This document shows, piece by piece, positions 19,197 through 29,031 of a DNA stretch of 64,000 bases. Below the pieces are notes generated by a model, which was not told where the DNA came from, did not search any database, and saw nothing but the letters and a program-made list of their open reading frames with translations. The DNA lies in assembly GCA_963748625.1 (NCBI GenBank), contig CAVVJT010000002.1:32001-96000 (forward strand). The letters are read 5' to 3'. The translations under genes were made by a program, and so were the position numbers. The stretch is from an uncultured Chloroflexia bacterium (GTDB taxonomy: Bacteria > Chloroflexota > Limnocylindria > Limnocylindrales > CSP1-4). Position 1 is the first letter of the stretch; each line of letters opens with the position of its first letter.

Positions 19197-22100
19197 ATGT
19201 CTCGGGGAACCATCTTCGGTCTGAGCGCCGGAACCAGGCGGGGATTCGTCCTGCTCTGGTCGGCGCTCCTCATGTGTTCACTGGTCCTGCAGTACGCGGT
19301 TGTCGCTCCCGCGCCAGCCGTCGCCGCCACCGGCCTGCTTGCCGGGACGGTCGCGGGCTTCGAGGTCGACGGCGACCTCACGTCCGGCAACGCCGCCAGC
19401 AATCCGGGCGCCATCCCGTCCGGCCTCATCGCGAGCCTGTCCAACGCCCAGGACTGGCTGGACGGCAACGCGACCGGTGGCCTCGTCGATCCGGCGAACC
19501 CGCCGGAGTCCTTCCTCTTCCGCGACGCGGTCGACAAGGTCCTCGTGGCCGGAGACAGCGCGCCCGACAAGAGCGCCTACGTGGGCGGCAACAAGGAGGA
19601 CGACACCACCAATTGGGGCTACTTCAACGAGTCTGGCCCCAACGACAAGACCGACTACCGCCATGTGATGGCGGGCGTCAAGGTGTCCGGCGGCAACCCG
19701 TACGTCTTCCTGGGCGCCGAGCGGATCGACACCAGTGGCACCATGGTCGTGGACTTCGAGCTCAACCAGAAGCCCTTCAAGGTCTTCCCGGGTGCCCCCG
19801 GCGTTGACAAGCCCGACCGGAGCATCAACGACATCCTGATCTCCCTCGAGTATGCCAATGGCGGCTCGAACCCCGAGGTCACCCTCTACCGCATCACCGC
19901 GGTGCAGGAGTTCAACACCGGGCAGGTGGTGACCTTCGACAAGATCAGCGACGCGAAGACGATCGACGCCGTCCGTTCGGCGACGAACTTCGTGCCCCTG
20001 ACCAACGTTGCCTTCCCGTCGGCGACCTACAACGTGGCGGCGTTCGCCTGGGCTGAGGCGTCGGTCAACATCAGCGCCCTCGACCTCCCAGCGAGCTGCC
20101 TCAACTTCGGCCAGGGCTCCATCCGCAGCCGGACCGGCGGCGCCCCTGATCGCTCGGCGCTCAAGGACGCCAGCCAGCCCTTCCCGCTGTCGGTCAACAC
20201 CTGCGGCAAGATCACCGTCGAGAAGCGCGACAAGATCACGAACGACCTCGTCGCGGGCGCAACCTTCAAGTTCGAGCCGGACCCGACCGTCGGCTCCAAC
20301 AAGGCATCCCTCACCGTCACCGACGGCGGCGCGAATGATCCCGACGGCAAGGCCGACGGCAAGATCGTGTTTGCGGCCTGCGACCCAGACACCTACAAGG
20401 TCACGGAGATCGCGCCGCCGCCCGGCTACTTCCCGCCGGCCGACCTCTTCGACACTAAGACCGTCGTCGCGGGCGGTTCCGCGACCTTCGTGTTCGAGGA
20501 CCCGCTCGCCAGGATCAAGTGGCAGAAGGAAGACGCGTCCGGCAAGCTGATCGCCGGCGCCACCTTCACCATCACGCCCAACCCGCGCACCGGCGACGGC
20601 AGCCTGACCGTCGTGGACAACACCGGCCAGGCCGGCTACGACGGCGCCGACTACGACGAGACGGAAGGCGCGTTCACCGTCCGTCGCGTGAAGATCGGCG
20701 GCCCGTACGTCATCGCCGAGACCACCCCGCCGGACGGCTACATCGGCACCAGCGCGACCTACAGCATCACGATCACGGACAAGCTCGACACAGACGGCTA
20801 CGTGGTCGAGGTCCCGGTCGAGACGTTCGTCAACACCCTTGGCTCGCTGGCCTGGCAGAAGGAGAACGCGACAGGCGGCCTGCTCGTCGGCGCCACCTTC
20901 CACGTCACCGGCCCCTTCGGCTACGACGAGACGGTCGTCGACAACAGCGCACCCGACGCGGACCCGGCCGACGGCAAGTTCCTGCTCGAGGACCTGAAGG
21001 TCGGCGAGTACACGGTCACCGAGACCGCGGCCCCGGCCGGCTACATCCTCGACTCCGGCCCGGCCAAGGCCACCGTGTCGGCCGACAAGCCGAACCAGAC
21101 CATCGCTGCCAAGACGTTCATCAACCACCTTGGCAAGATCACCTGGGTCAAGTACGGCCCGGACGGCAAACTGCTCGGCGGGGCGACGTTCTCCGTCACC
21201 CCGGATCCGTACAGCGGCGCAGCATTCCTGACCGTCAAGGACAACGACGTCCACGACGCCGACCCGGCCGACGGCAAGTTCCAGCTCGACAGCATCAAGA
21301 CCGGCACGTACGAGATCGTCGAGACCGCAGCACCCGCGGGCTACGTCCTGGACACCAAGAAGCTGACGGCCGTCGTCACCCAGACGCTCAAGTCGCCGTA
21401 CACGGTCGATGCGGGCAGCGTGAAGAACACGCTCGGCTCGATCAGCTGGGTCAAGAACGGCCCCGACGGCAAGGAGCTGCTCGGCGGCGCCACCTTCACC
21501 ATCACGCCCAACCCGCAGACCGGGGCCGTTGAGCCGCTCGTGGTCGTCGACAACGGCGCCAACGACGCCGACGACACCCTCGGCGCGTTCAAGGTTACGG
21601 GCGTTCTCGTCGACTCCAAGGATCCCCACTACTCGATCGCCGAGACCGCAGCCCCCGCGGGCTACGTCGGCGACGCGTCCGTCGAGATCGTGAACCCGAC
21701 GACCGCCAGCCCTGTCGTCTCCGTCAAGGCCGGCACCTGGGTCAACACGCTCGGCTCCCTCGCCTGGGTGAAGCATGACGGCGACGGCGCCCTCCTGGGC
21801 GGTGCCACCTTCCGCATCACCGGCCCGTTCGACTACGACGTGACCGTCAAGGACAACACGGGCCTCGACGCCGACCCGGATGACGGCGAGTTCCTGCTCG
21901 TCGGCCTCAAGCTCGGCACCTACGAGGTCACCGAGACCCTGGCGCCCGACGGCTACATCCTCGACGGCGACAAGCAGTCCGCCATGCTCACCGCGACGGC
22001 TGTGGACGGGGCGATCGAGCTTCCGTTCGTCAACACGCTCGGCTCGCTGGCCTGGCTCAAGCAGGACGCGGCCGGGAACCTCCTCGGCGGCGCCACCTTC

Positions 22101-25100
22101 CACGTCACCGGCCCGTTCGGGTACGACGAGATCGTCCTGGACAACGCCGCCCCCGACGCCGACCCGGTCGCCGGTCAGTTCCTCCTCGAGGACCTGAAGC
22201 TCGGCACCTACGAGGTCCAGGAGACCCAGGCGCCCGACGGCTACATCCTCGACGCCGACAAGCAGTCCGCCAGCGTGACCGTCGAGGATCCCTCGGCCGT
22301 TATCGAGGCCCCGTTCGTCAACACCCTCGGCGAGCTGACCTGGACCAAGGACAAGGGCGACGAGAAGAGCACGCCGCTTGGCGGCGCGACCTTCAGCGTC
22401 GAGCCCCAACCCCTACACGGGCATCGGCAGCCTGATGGTTGTCGACGATGGTCCGTTCGACCAGGACGACACGGACGGCACCATCCGCCTGATCAACGTC
22501 CCGGTCGGGACGTACGCCGTGACCGAGACCGCGGCTCCCGAGGGCTACACGCTCGACGAGGGCTCCTGCGAGATCACGGTCGATTCCGAGAATCCCACGG
22601 GCACGCCCGCGTGCTCGTTCAGCAACCCGCCCATCCCGCCGGCGATCTCGATCGTCAAGACGGCCGGCACCTCTGAGGCCGTTCAGGTTGCCGATGGCGG
22701 CACCCTCAAGGTCGAGTCCTTCAAGAAGAACGTCACCTACAAGTACGTCGTCACGAACACCGGCAACGTCGGCCTCGTCAACGTGACCGTGAGCGACGAC
22801 AAGCTCGGTGACATCACATGCCCGCAGACGACGCTGGCCGCGAAGGACGACCAGTCCGATGCCGACGAGATGACCTGCTACGCCACGCCGCTTGATGGCA
22901 TCACCGCCGACACGACCAACATCGCGACGGCGAAGGGCTTCAGCATCGGCGAAGGGACGGAGGTCTCCGATACCGACGATGCAATCGTCGAGATCGTCGG
23001 GCCCGCCATCACCGTCGTGAAGACCGCCGGCGCGTCCGCCGGCAGCCAGGTCGCCGACGACACCGACTATGAGACCGAGGCGTTCCCGTCGAACGTCACG
23101 TACAGCTACCTCGTCACCAACACCGGGACGACCACGCTGGTCACCGTCTCCCTGAGCGACGACAAGCTGGGTAGCATCACGTGCCCGAAGACGGCCCTCG
23201 TGGTCGGCGAGAGCATGACGTGCACCGCGACGACGACCGTGCTCGTCGACACGCCGAACATCGGCACCGCCACGGGCACCTCGGCCGCTGGCGCCACCAA
23301 GACGGCGACCGACCCGGCCATGGTCGTGATCCTCACGCCGTCGATCTCCATCGTGAAGACGGCGGGTGACGCCGCGAACGGCGACCCGTACTACACCGAC
23401 GGTGGCCCCGTCACCTACACCTACGTCGTGACCAACACCGGCGAGGTGGCGCTGTCGGACGTCGTCGTCACCGACGACAAGCTGCCCACTGTCACCTGCC
23501 CGCAGGACACCCTGGCCATCGGCGAGTCGATGACCTGCACCGCGACCGGCACCATCACCGTCGACACGACGAACGTAGGCTCGGTCGAAGGCAAGACGCC
23601 CCACAAGACGGTCACTGACACGGATGACGCCGTCGTTCTTGTCCGCGACGCCTCCATCGAGAAGACCAACGACGCCACGGGCACGAAGGCCCCCGGCGAC
23701 ACCGTGGCCTACACGATCACGCTTGACGTGGTCAACGGCCCGATCCCGGCCCTGACCGTGGTCGACACCCTGCCGGCCAACTTCGGGACACCCAGCGCCA
23801 TCTCCGACGGCGGTGTCTACGACTCCGTCAAGAACGAGATCACCTGGAAGCTGACCAACGTGGCCGACGGCGAGGTCCTGACCTACTCGGTCGAGATCGC
23901 CACGACCACCCAGGGCGGGGACTACGTCAACACCGCCGAGATCACGGAAGGCCCGTGCGCCACGACGTGCGACGACGACTCCACCGTGCCGGTGTGGCGC
24001 GTCGCCATCGAGAAGACCAACGACGCCACGGGCACGAAGGCCCCCGGCGACACTGTGGCCTACACCCTCACCCTCGACGTCCAGAACGGCCCGATCGCGG
24101 CCATGAAGGTGGTCGACACCCTGCCGGCCAACTTCGGGACGCCCAGCGCCATCTCCGACGGCGGTGTCTATGACGCCGCCACCCGGACGATCACCTGGAC
24201 CCTGGCCGACGTGGCCGACGGCGAGACCCTGACCTACTCGGTCGAGATCGCCACGACCACCCAGGGCGGGGACTACGTCAACACCGCCGAGATCACGGAA
24301 GGCCCGTGCGTCGCCGGCGAGTGCGACGACGACTCCACCGTGCCGGTGTGGCGCGTCGCCATCGAGAAGGCCAACGACGCGGAAGCGCCGCTCCTCGAGG
24401 GTGACAACGTTCACTACACCCTGACCTTCGACGTCCAGAACGGGCCGATCACCAGCATGACGGTGACCGACACGCTGCCCGCCGAGGTCGTCAACCCGCG
24501 CGACTTCAGCGTCGCCCCCGCGTCCGTCGTGGGCCAGGTCATCACCTGGAACCTCTCGAACGTGGCCGACGGCGCCACCATCACCTACACCGCCACCATC
24601 GCCGACGGCACCGCCGCCGGGAGCTACACCAACGTGGCCGAGATCACCGACGGCCCGTGCGTCGCCGGCGACTGCGATGACGACTCCACCGTGCGGGTGG
24701 TCACCGCCTCGATCAGCCTGGTCAAGACCGCTGGCAACGCTGCCGACGGGACGACCCTCAGGGTCGACAAGCCGGGCAACGTGATCTTCACGTACGTCGT
24801 GAAGAACACCGGCACCGCAGACCTCGAGAACCTCGAGCTCATCGATGACAACGCCACCCCGGCGAACACCACCGACGACGTCAAGGTCACCTGCCCGAGC
24901 ACGACGCTCGCGGCCGGAGCTTCGATGACCTGCACCGCCACCCTGCCGGTGGTCGTCGGGTCCAGGACCAACATCGCCGTGGTCACTGCCAACCCGGAGC
25001 TCGACAACGAGACCGAGGTCAGCGACAGCGATGACGCCGTCGTCCTGGTTCCGGAGCCGGTGAAGCCGACCCCGAAGCCGACGCCGAAGGTCACCCCGCC

Positions 25101-25251
25101 CCCCACGTCCACCATCGACGGCACGGACAACGGCACGACCGGCACCACCGGCCTGCTGCTCGTCTTCGCCGCCCTCGCCGGGCTCATGCTCGCGGTCGGG
25201 TACCTCAACCCGGCCCGCGCCACGGCCCGCAAGCGGAGCCGCAGGGGCTAG
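19197..25251 (+). CDS. Second large surface adhesin (~2000 aa; SpaA/CnaB-like and DUF11-like repeats; TPPPT signal), split by a +1 frameshift near 22405
   Basis: ORFs 19197-22676 and 22378-25251 join at GAG CCC C AAC CCC TAC, restoring FSVEPNPYTG (paralog FSVEPDPFTG in adhesin 1). Multiple W.K…ET.AP.GY…FVNTLG repeats. Confidence 0.85.
23656..24360 (+). repeat. Intragenic tandem domain duplication (351-bp period)
   Basis: ATCGAGAAGACCAACGACGCCACGGGCACGAAGG occurs at 23656 and 24007. Confidence 0.9.
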
Positions 25252-25360
25252 CCCCTGACGGCACCGGGGCCGGTCACCGGCCGGCCCCGGGCCACCCGCA
25301 CCCAACCCTTGGGGTCCCCGAGACCCGGACGGGACGCACCCGCCTGAGTGCGTCCCGTCT
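24354..25360 (+). repeat. ~1 kb direct repeat, copy B
   Basis: Matches 17844-18850. Confidence 0.95.
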
Positions 25361-25508
25361 GCCTCTCCCTTCAGGTAGCAGCTCGCTGCACCACGACAGC
25401 CTTCGTGGAAGATCGCCGACATCGCACCGCAAGCTCTGGCAATTGCCCCCACTGAGCAGTACCGTCCGAAGCTGCGGATAGGACTTATGGGCTATGGAGG
25501 CCTCCACG

Positions 25509-26194
25509 ATGCGCACTCGCTCCGCCGGCTGGATCGCCGGTTCAATTCTCATCGGCGCGGCGATCCTGGCGCCTGCTGCCGCACTTGCCAACGTGCAGAG
25601 CCAGAACATGCCCATCAGCTGGGACCAGGCGAAGCTCGGGTCCGAGGCCCAGTGCTCCGACCTCGACCTGACCGAGGGCCAGGTGTACTGGCACATCCTG
25701 CAGAACCAGGTGTCCGCCAACATCACCACCGGCAAGCTGACCGCCACGTTCCAGGACGCAGGCGTGGTCGGCCCGGTGGACTCGTACCAGAACTCCGGCG
25801 GTACCCTCCACTGGGGCGTGACCACCGGCAAGGACACGGTTCTCGCTTTGTCCACCGACGTGGAGAGCGATGGGAATCTGGTGGTGAGCCACGTCTGCTG
25901 GACCACGCCGCCGAGCAACCCGCCGAGCAACCCGCCGAGCAACCCGCCGAGCACCCGCCGAGCAACCCGCCGAGCAACCCGCCGAGCAACCCGCCGAGCA
26001 ACCCGCCGAGCGCAAGCCCGTCCAGCTCGGTCGAGGCTGTCACCGGCACACCGAGGATCACGCCGCCCCCGACCGACTCGGTGGGCGGTGGCTCTTCCTC
26101 CGGTGACGGCTGGGGCATCGCGATGATCGCCATCGGCGCGCTCGCAGCCTTCGCCCTCCTCGCCAGCCCTGTCCGCCGGCGCCTCAACCGCTAG
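25509..26194 (+). CDS. Secreted protein: small Cys-bracketed domain + (PPSN)n linker + TPPPTDS-TM-basic tail; frameshift at ~25953
   Basis: GGAGG RBS before ATG 25509; signal peptide AALA. One 12-bp CCGCCGAGCAAC unit lacks an A, which moves the C-terminal signal to another frame. Confidence 0.8.
25908..26011 (+). repeat. 12-bp tandem repeat encoding PPSN
   Basis: About 8 copies of CCGCCGAGCAAC. Confidence 0.9.
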
Positions 26195-26240
26195 CTGACG
26201 GTAGGAACCCCCGCAGCGGGGGTCCAGTCGACGCACATGC

Positions 26241-26274
26241 CAGGACCGGGATCCCCCAGGGGGTCCCGGTCTTC
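26241..26274 (+). terminator. Putative terminator hairpin
   Basis: GGACCGGGATCCCC-CAG-GGGGTCCCGGTCT followed by TCT. Confidence 0.55.
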
Positions 26275-26370
26275 TGGTACTGGGAGGACCCCGGACCGGT
26301 ACGAGTGGTGCGAGGAAGCACCGTGTTCGCCTGCGCGATAGCGGACAGGTACGGTCTGGTGGACTCGGGT

Positions 26371-26386
26371 TAGGACACCAGTACTA
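26371..26386. promoter_or_regulatory. Palindromic putative regulator site TAGGAC-N4-GTACTA
   Basis: Related sites at 13835, 18867, 25479 and 30575. Confidence 0.4.
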
Positions 26387-26496
26387 GACGGCATGAGTAC
26401 CCATCGTCGAGCATCAGGTCACCGCCGTCAGGCAGCGGGACCGGAGGGCAACAGCCGGTAGTACCACCAGGCACCACGCAGCTCGGGGACCACACG

Positions 26497-27341
26497 ATGA
26501 ACCGCTTCGGGACTTCCACGCGCACCGTCAGTCTCATCGTCGGCGCCGCCATGGCGCTGGCGCTCACGCTGCCGGCCCTTGCGAACGACGGCCACCAGAG
26601 TGGCTGGGGCATCGGCTGGGACGATCCTGACTTCCAGGGGTCCGGTACCGAGTGCGAGGGCGCGAACCTCGACAATGGCGAGGTCCTCTGGCACTTCGTG
26701 CAGACCCAGGTCCCCTCGGGCATCGCGAGCGGTGAGCTGACCGCCACGTACCAGGAGGCCGGCACCCTTACCTCCGACTCCTACAAGAAGGCCGGGTCCG
26801 TCCTGCACTGGGCGGTCATCACAGGACGCGACACGCTCCTCACGTTCAGCTCGGACGTCGTGAGCAATGGCCAGCTGAACCTCAGCCACATCTGCGCCGG
26901 TGACGACGAGGAAGCGTCCTCCTCCCCCTCGCAGGAGCCGTCGGACAAGCCCAGCGACAAGCCGTCGGACAAGCCCAGCGACAAGCCGTCGGACAAGCCC
27001 AGCGACAAGCCGTCGACAAGCCCAGCGACAAGCCGTCCGACAAGCCCAGCGACAAGCCCAGCGACAAGCCGTCGGACAAGCCCAGCGACAAGCCGTCGGA
27101 CAAGCCCAGCGACAAGCCGAGCACCTCGCCCGAGAACGAGAGCCAGAGCCCGTCGGTGAAGCCGTCCAGCTCGGTCGCGGCCGTGACCGGCAAGCCGCAG
27201 ATCACCCCGCCCCCGACCGACTCCGTCGGCGGCAGCAACGGCAGCGGCAACAGCACCGGCTGGCTGCTGGCGGTCGTCGGCCTCGCCGCCCTGGTGGTGA
27301 GCCTGGTCATCCGGACCCCGGCCCGTCGCACGAGCCGGTAA
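26497..27341 (+). CDS. Paralog of 25509: Cys-bracketed domain + (PSDK)n linker + TPPPTDS-TM-basic tail; frameshift at ~27015
   Basis: Shares C..L..G.V.WH..Q.QV…G.LTAT.Q.AG…LHW.V.TG.DT…SH.C with 25509; one CCGTCGGACAAG unit lacks a G. Confidence 0.8.
26938..27120 (+). repeat. 12-bp tandem repeat encoding PSDK
   Basis: Alternating CCGTCGGACAAG and CCCAGCGACAAG units. Confidence 0.9.
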
Positions 27342-27385
27342 CACCCGGGCCGCAGCGCGGCCCCTCGAGCACGCGACCTGGTGTC

Positions 27386-27418
27386 AAGGAGCCGGAGCCT
27401 TCGGGCCCCGGCTCCTTC
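27386..27418 (+). terminator. Putative terminator hairpin
   Basis: AAGGAGCCGGAGCC-TTCG-GGCCCCGGCTCCTT. Confidence 0.6.
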
Positions 27419-27717
27419 GCGTTCGGCGCAACTGCACGCGGGGGGCCGCACGCGGGTGGGCCGCATGGCGCGGCCCGGACGGTCCTCGTCCTGCCCCTAC
27501 CCTGCCCATCGGTACCACCCGGGTCCGGTGCCCACGGGCAACGTTCCTCGGCGTCCATGTGCGGTCTGGTCCGGTCGGGTGCGCAGATAGGGCACCAGAC
27601 GTACTGGACGAGTCCCACGCGGTAGCCGATGCTTCCCTTGACCTGCAGGCAACGGGTCACGGCAAGCCCGTGAGGGCGGCCACGAAGGCATACATCGTCA
27701 GCACGTTCGGGGACACT

Positions 27718-28083
27718 GTGAAGCGATCAGTCATCACGTCGACCGCAATCGCGCTCCTCATGGCACTCGGAGCTGCCACGAGCGTGGTCGCCGCCGACCC
27801 CTCCGTCGACCCCTCTGCCAACCCGGTCATCAGCGAGACGCCGGATCCGAGCGGCGAGATCTCCGTCGACCCCACCTTCACGACACCCAAGCCGGTGGCC
27901 ACGCCGATCAGCGAGGTCATGGGTGCGACGGGTCGTCCTCAGCGGACCCCGCCGCCGACTGACACGATCGGCGAGCCCACCCAGGCGCCGGGCACGGGCC
28001 TCCAGGTCCTGCTCCTGCTCGGTGCTGCCGGTTCCACCCTGGTGCTGATCGCCGGACGGTTGCCTGTCGCCCGGCGTCGCTAG
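27718..28083 (+). CDS. Small secreted Pro/Ser/Thr-rich protein with TPPPTDT-TM-RRR tail
   Basis: GTG start, signal peptide KRSVITSTAIALLMALGAATSVVA, C-terminus RTPPPTDTIG…LQVLLLLGAAGSTLVLIAG-RLPVARRR. Confidence 0.75.
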   Translation: MKRSVITSTAIALLMALGAATSVVAADPSVDPSANPVISETPDPSGEISVDPTFTTPKPVATPISEVMGATGRPQRTPPPTDTIGEPTQAPGTGLQVLLLLGAAGSTLVLIAGRLPVARRR

Positions 28084-28108
28084 CGCGTCGCTGTCCCCGT
28101 AGCGACTT

Positions 28109-28140
28109 CGACCGGGCCGCGGACTCCGCGGCCCGGTCGT
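28109..28140. terminator. Hairpin between convergent genes
   Basis: CGACCGGGCCGCGGA-C-TCCGCGGCCCGGTCG. Confidence 0.65.
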
Positions 28141-28187
28141 TCCATGTCCAGGACCGCCCGGGGCCGGGCGCAGGCCCTGCCGCCGGC

Positions 28188-28934
28188 TCAGAGGTCGATG
28201 ACCGTCCCCGGCCAGACCATCTCCACGGCGCCTGCGAAGCACGCCCGCGCCGAGGCCAGGGTCGCATCGGGATCGTGGCCCATCTGCAGATGTGTGAGCA
28301 GCGCACGCCCGGCGCCGGTTGCTGCGGCCAGGCGGCCCACCGACGGCCCATCGAGGTGCGGGACGCCGTCCGGGACAGGTCCTGCCCCGAAGGAGACCTC
28401 GGCCAGCACGGTATCCCCCGCCTGCACGAGTGGCGCGACATCGGCCGCCTCACCGCAGTCACCCGAGTACACCAGCCCTGGGCCAGTGCCAGACGCGGGC
28501 GCTACGCGGATGGCGTAGCTCTCGTCGGTGTGGGTGACCAGGCGTGCCGTGACCTCGAGGGTGCCCACCCGGTGGGGACCTGTCCCCAGGGTCTCAGTGT
28601 CCAGCACACCGCTTGAGAACGGGTACGCATGGAGTGCGTCCAGGCGCGCAGCGAGGTCAGCCGGTCCAAGGACGCGCATCCGTCGCGGCGGCTCGAACTC
28701 GTAACGCAGGTAGTGGCGCAGCGGCACCAGGTCGATGAAGTGGTCCGGGTGCAGGTGGCTCACCGCTACGGCATCCAGGGCTTCTGGCGAAACGTGCGGG
28801 AAGATGCGCGGGAAGGAGCCCTGTCCCAGGTCCAGGAGCAGGTGCGTGCCGCCGTCCGAGACCAGGTAGCAGGCTCCCGATGCTCCAGGACGGTCGGTGT
28901 ACGCGGGCCCCGCCCCGAGCACGGTCAGCCGCAT
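28188..28934 (-). CDS. MBL-fold metallo-hydrolase (RNase BN/Z-like phosphodiesterase)
   Basis: LTVLG, DLG.G, SHLHPDH, YSGDC and LTHL motifs. Confidence 0.9.
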   Translation of the reverse strand: MRLTVLGAGPAYTDRPGASGACYLVSDGGTHLLLDLGQGSFPRIFPHVSPEALDAVAVSHLHPDHFIDLVPLRHYLRYEFEPPRRMRVLGPADLAARLDALHAYPFSSGVLDTETLGTGPHRVGTLEVTARLVTHTDESYAIRVAPASGTGPGLVYSGDCGEAADVAPLVQAGDTVLAEVSFGAGPVPDGVPHLDGPSVGRLAAATGAGRALLTHLQMGHDPDATLASARACFAGAVEMVWPGTVIDL

Positions 28935-29031
28935 GCGCTCCTCCACTGCGTGGTGCTGGCAGGGTAGCGCCAGAGCGCCTGCTGGAGTCGCGGCGCTGCG
29001 CAGCCCGCCCGCGATGGCCGGGCCACCGCGG

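Noticed and set aside
17844-25360. 1-kb repeat pair as a diversity-generating retroelement TR/VR
   Set aside because: No adenine-specific mismatches, the repeat is too long, and no reverse transcriptase is in the window.
16369-25452. Very long minus-strand ORFs (847, 1043 and 1019 aa) and similar antisense ORFs elsewhere
   Set aside because: Shadow frames of high-GC genes; Arg/Gly/Val-rich translations without recognisable motifs.
26938-27120. Regular short repeats here and at 25908-26011 as a CRISPR array
   Set aside because: Contiguous 12-bp coding units with no unique spacers, and no cas genes in the window.
27640-27700. Possible c-di-GMP-I riboswitch (GGCAAGCCCGTGAGGG…) before the small surface protein
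   Set aside because: Only a partial resemblance; the GCAAA receptor and second stem are not recognisable. Needs cmscan.
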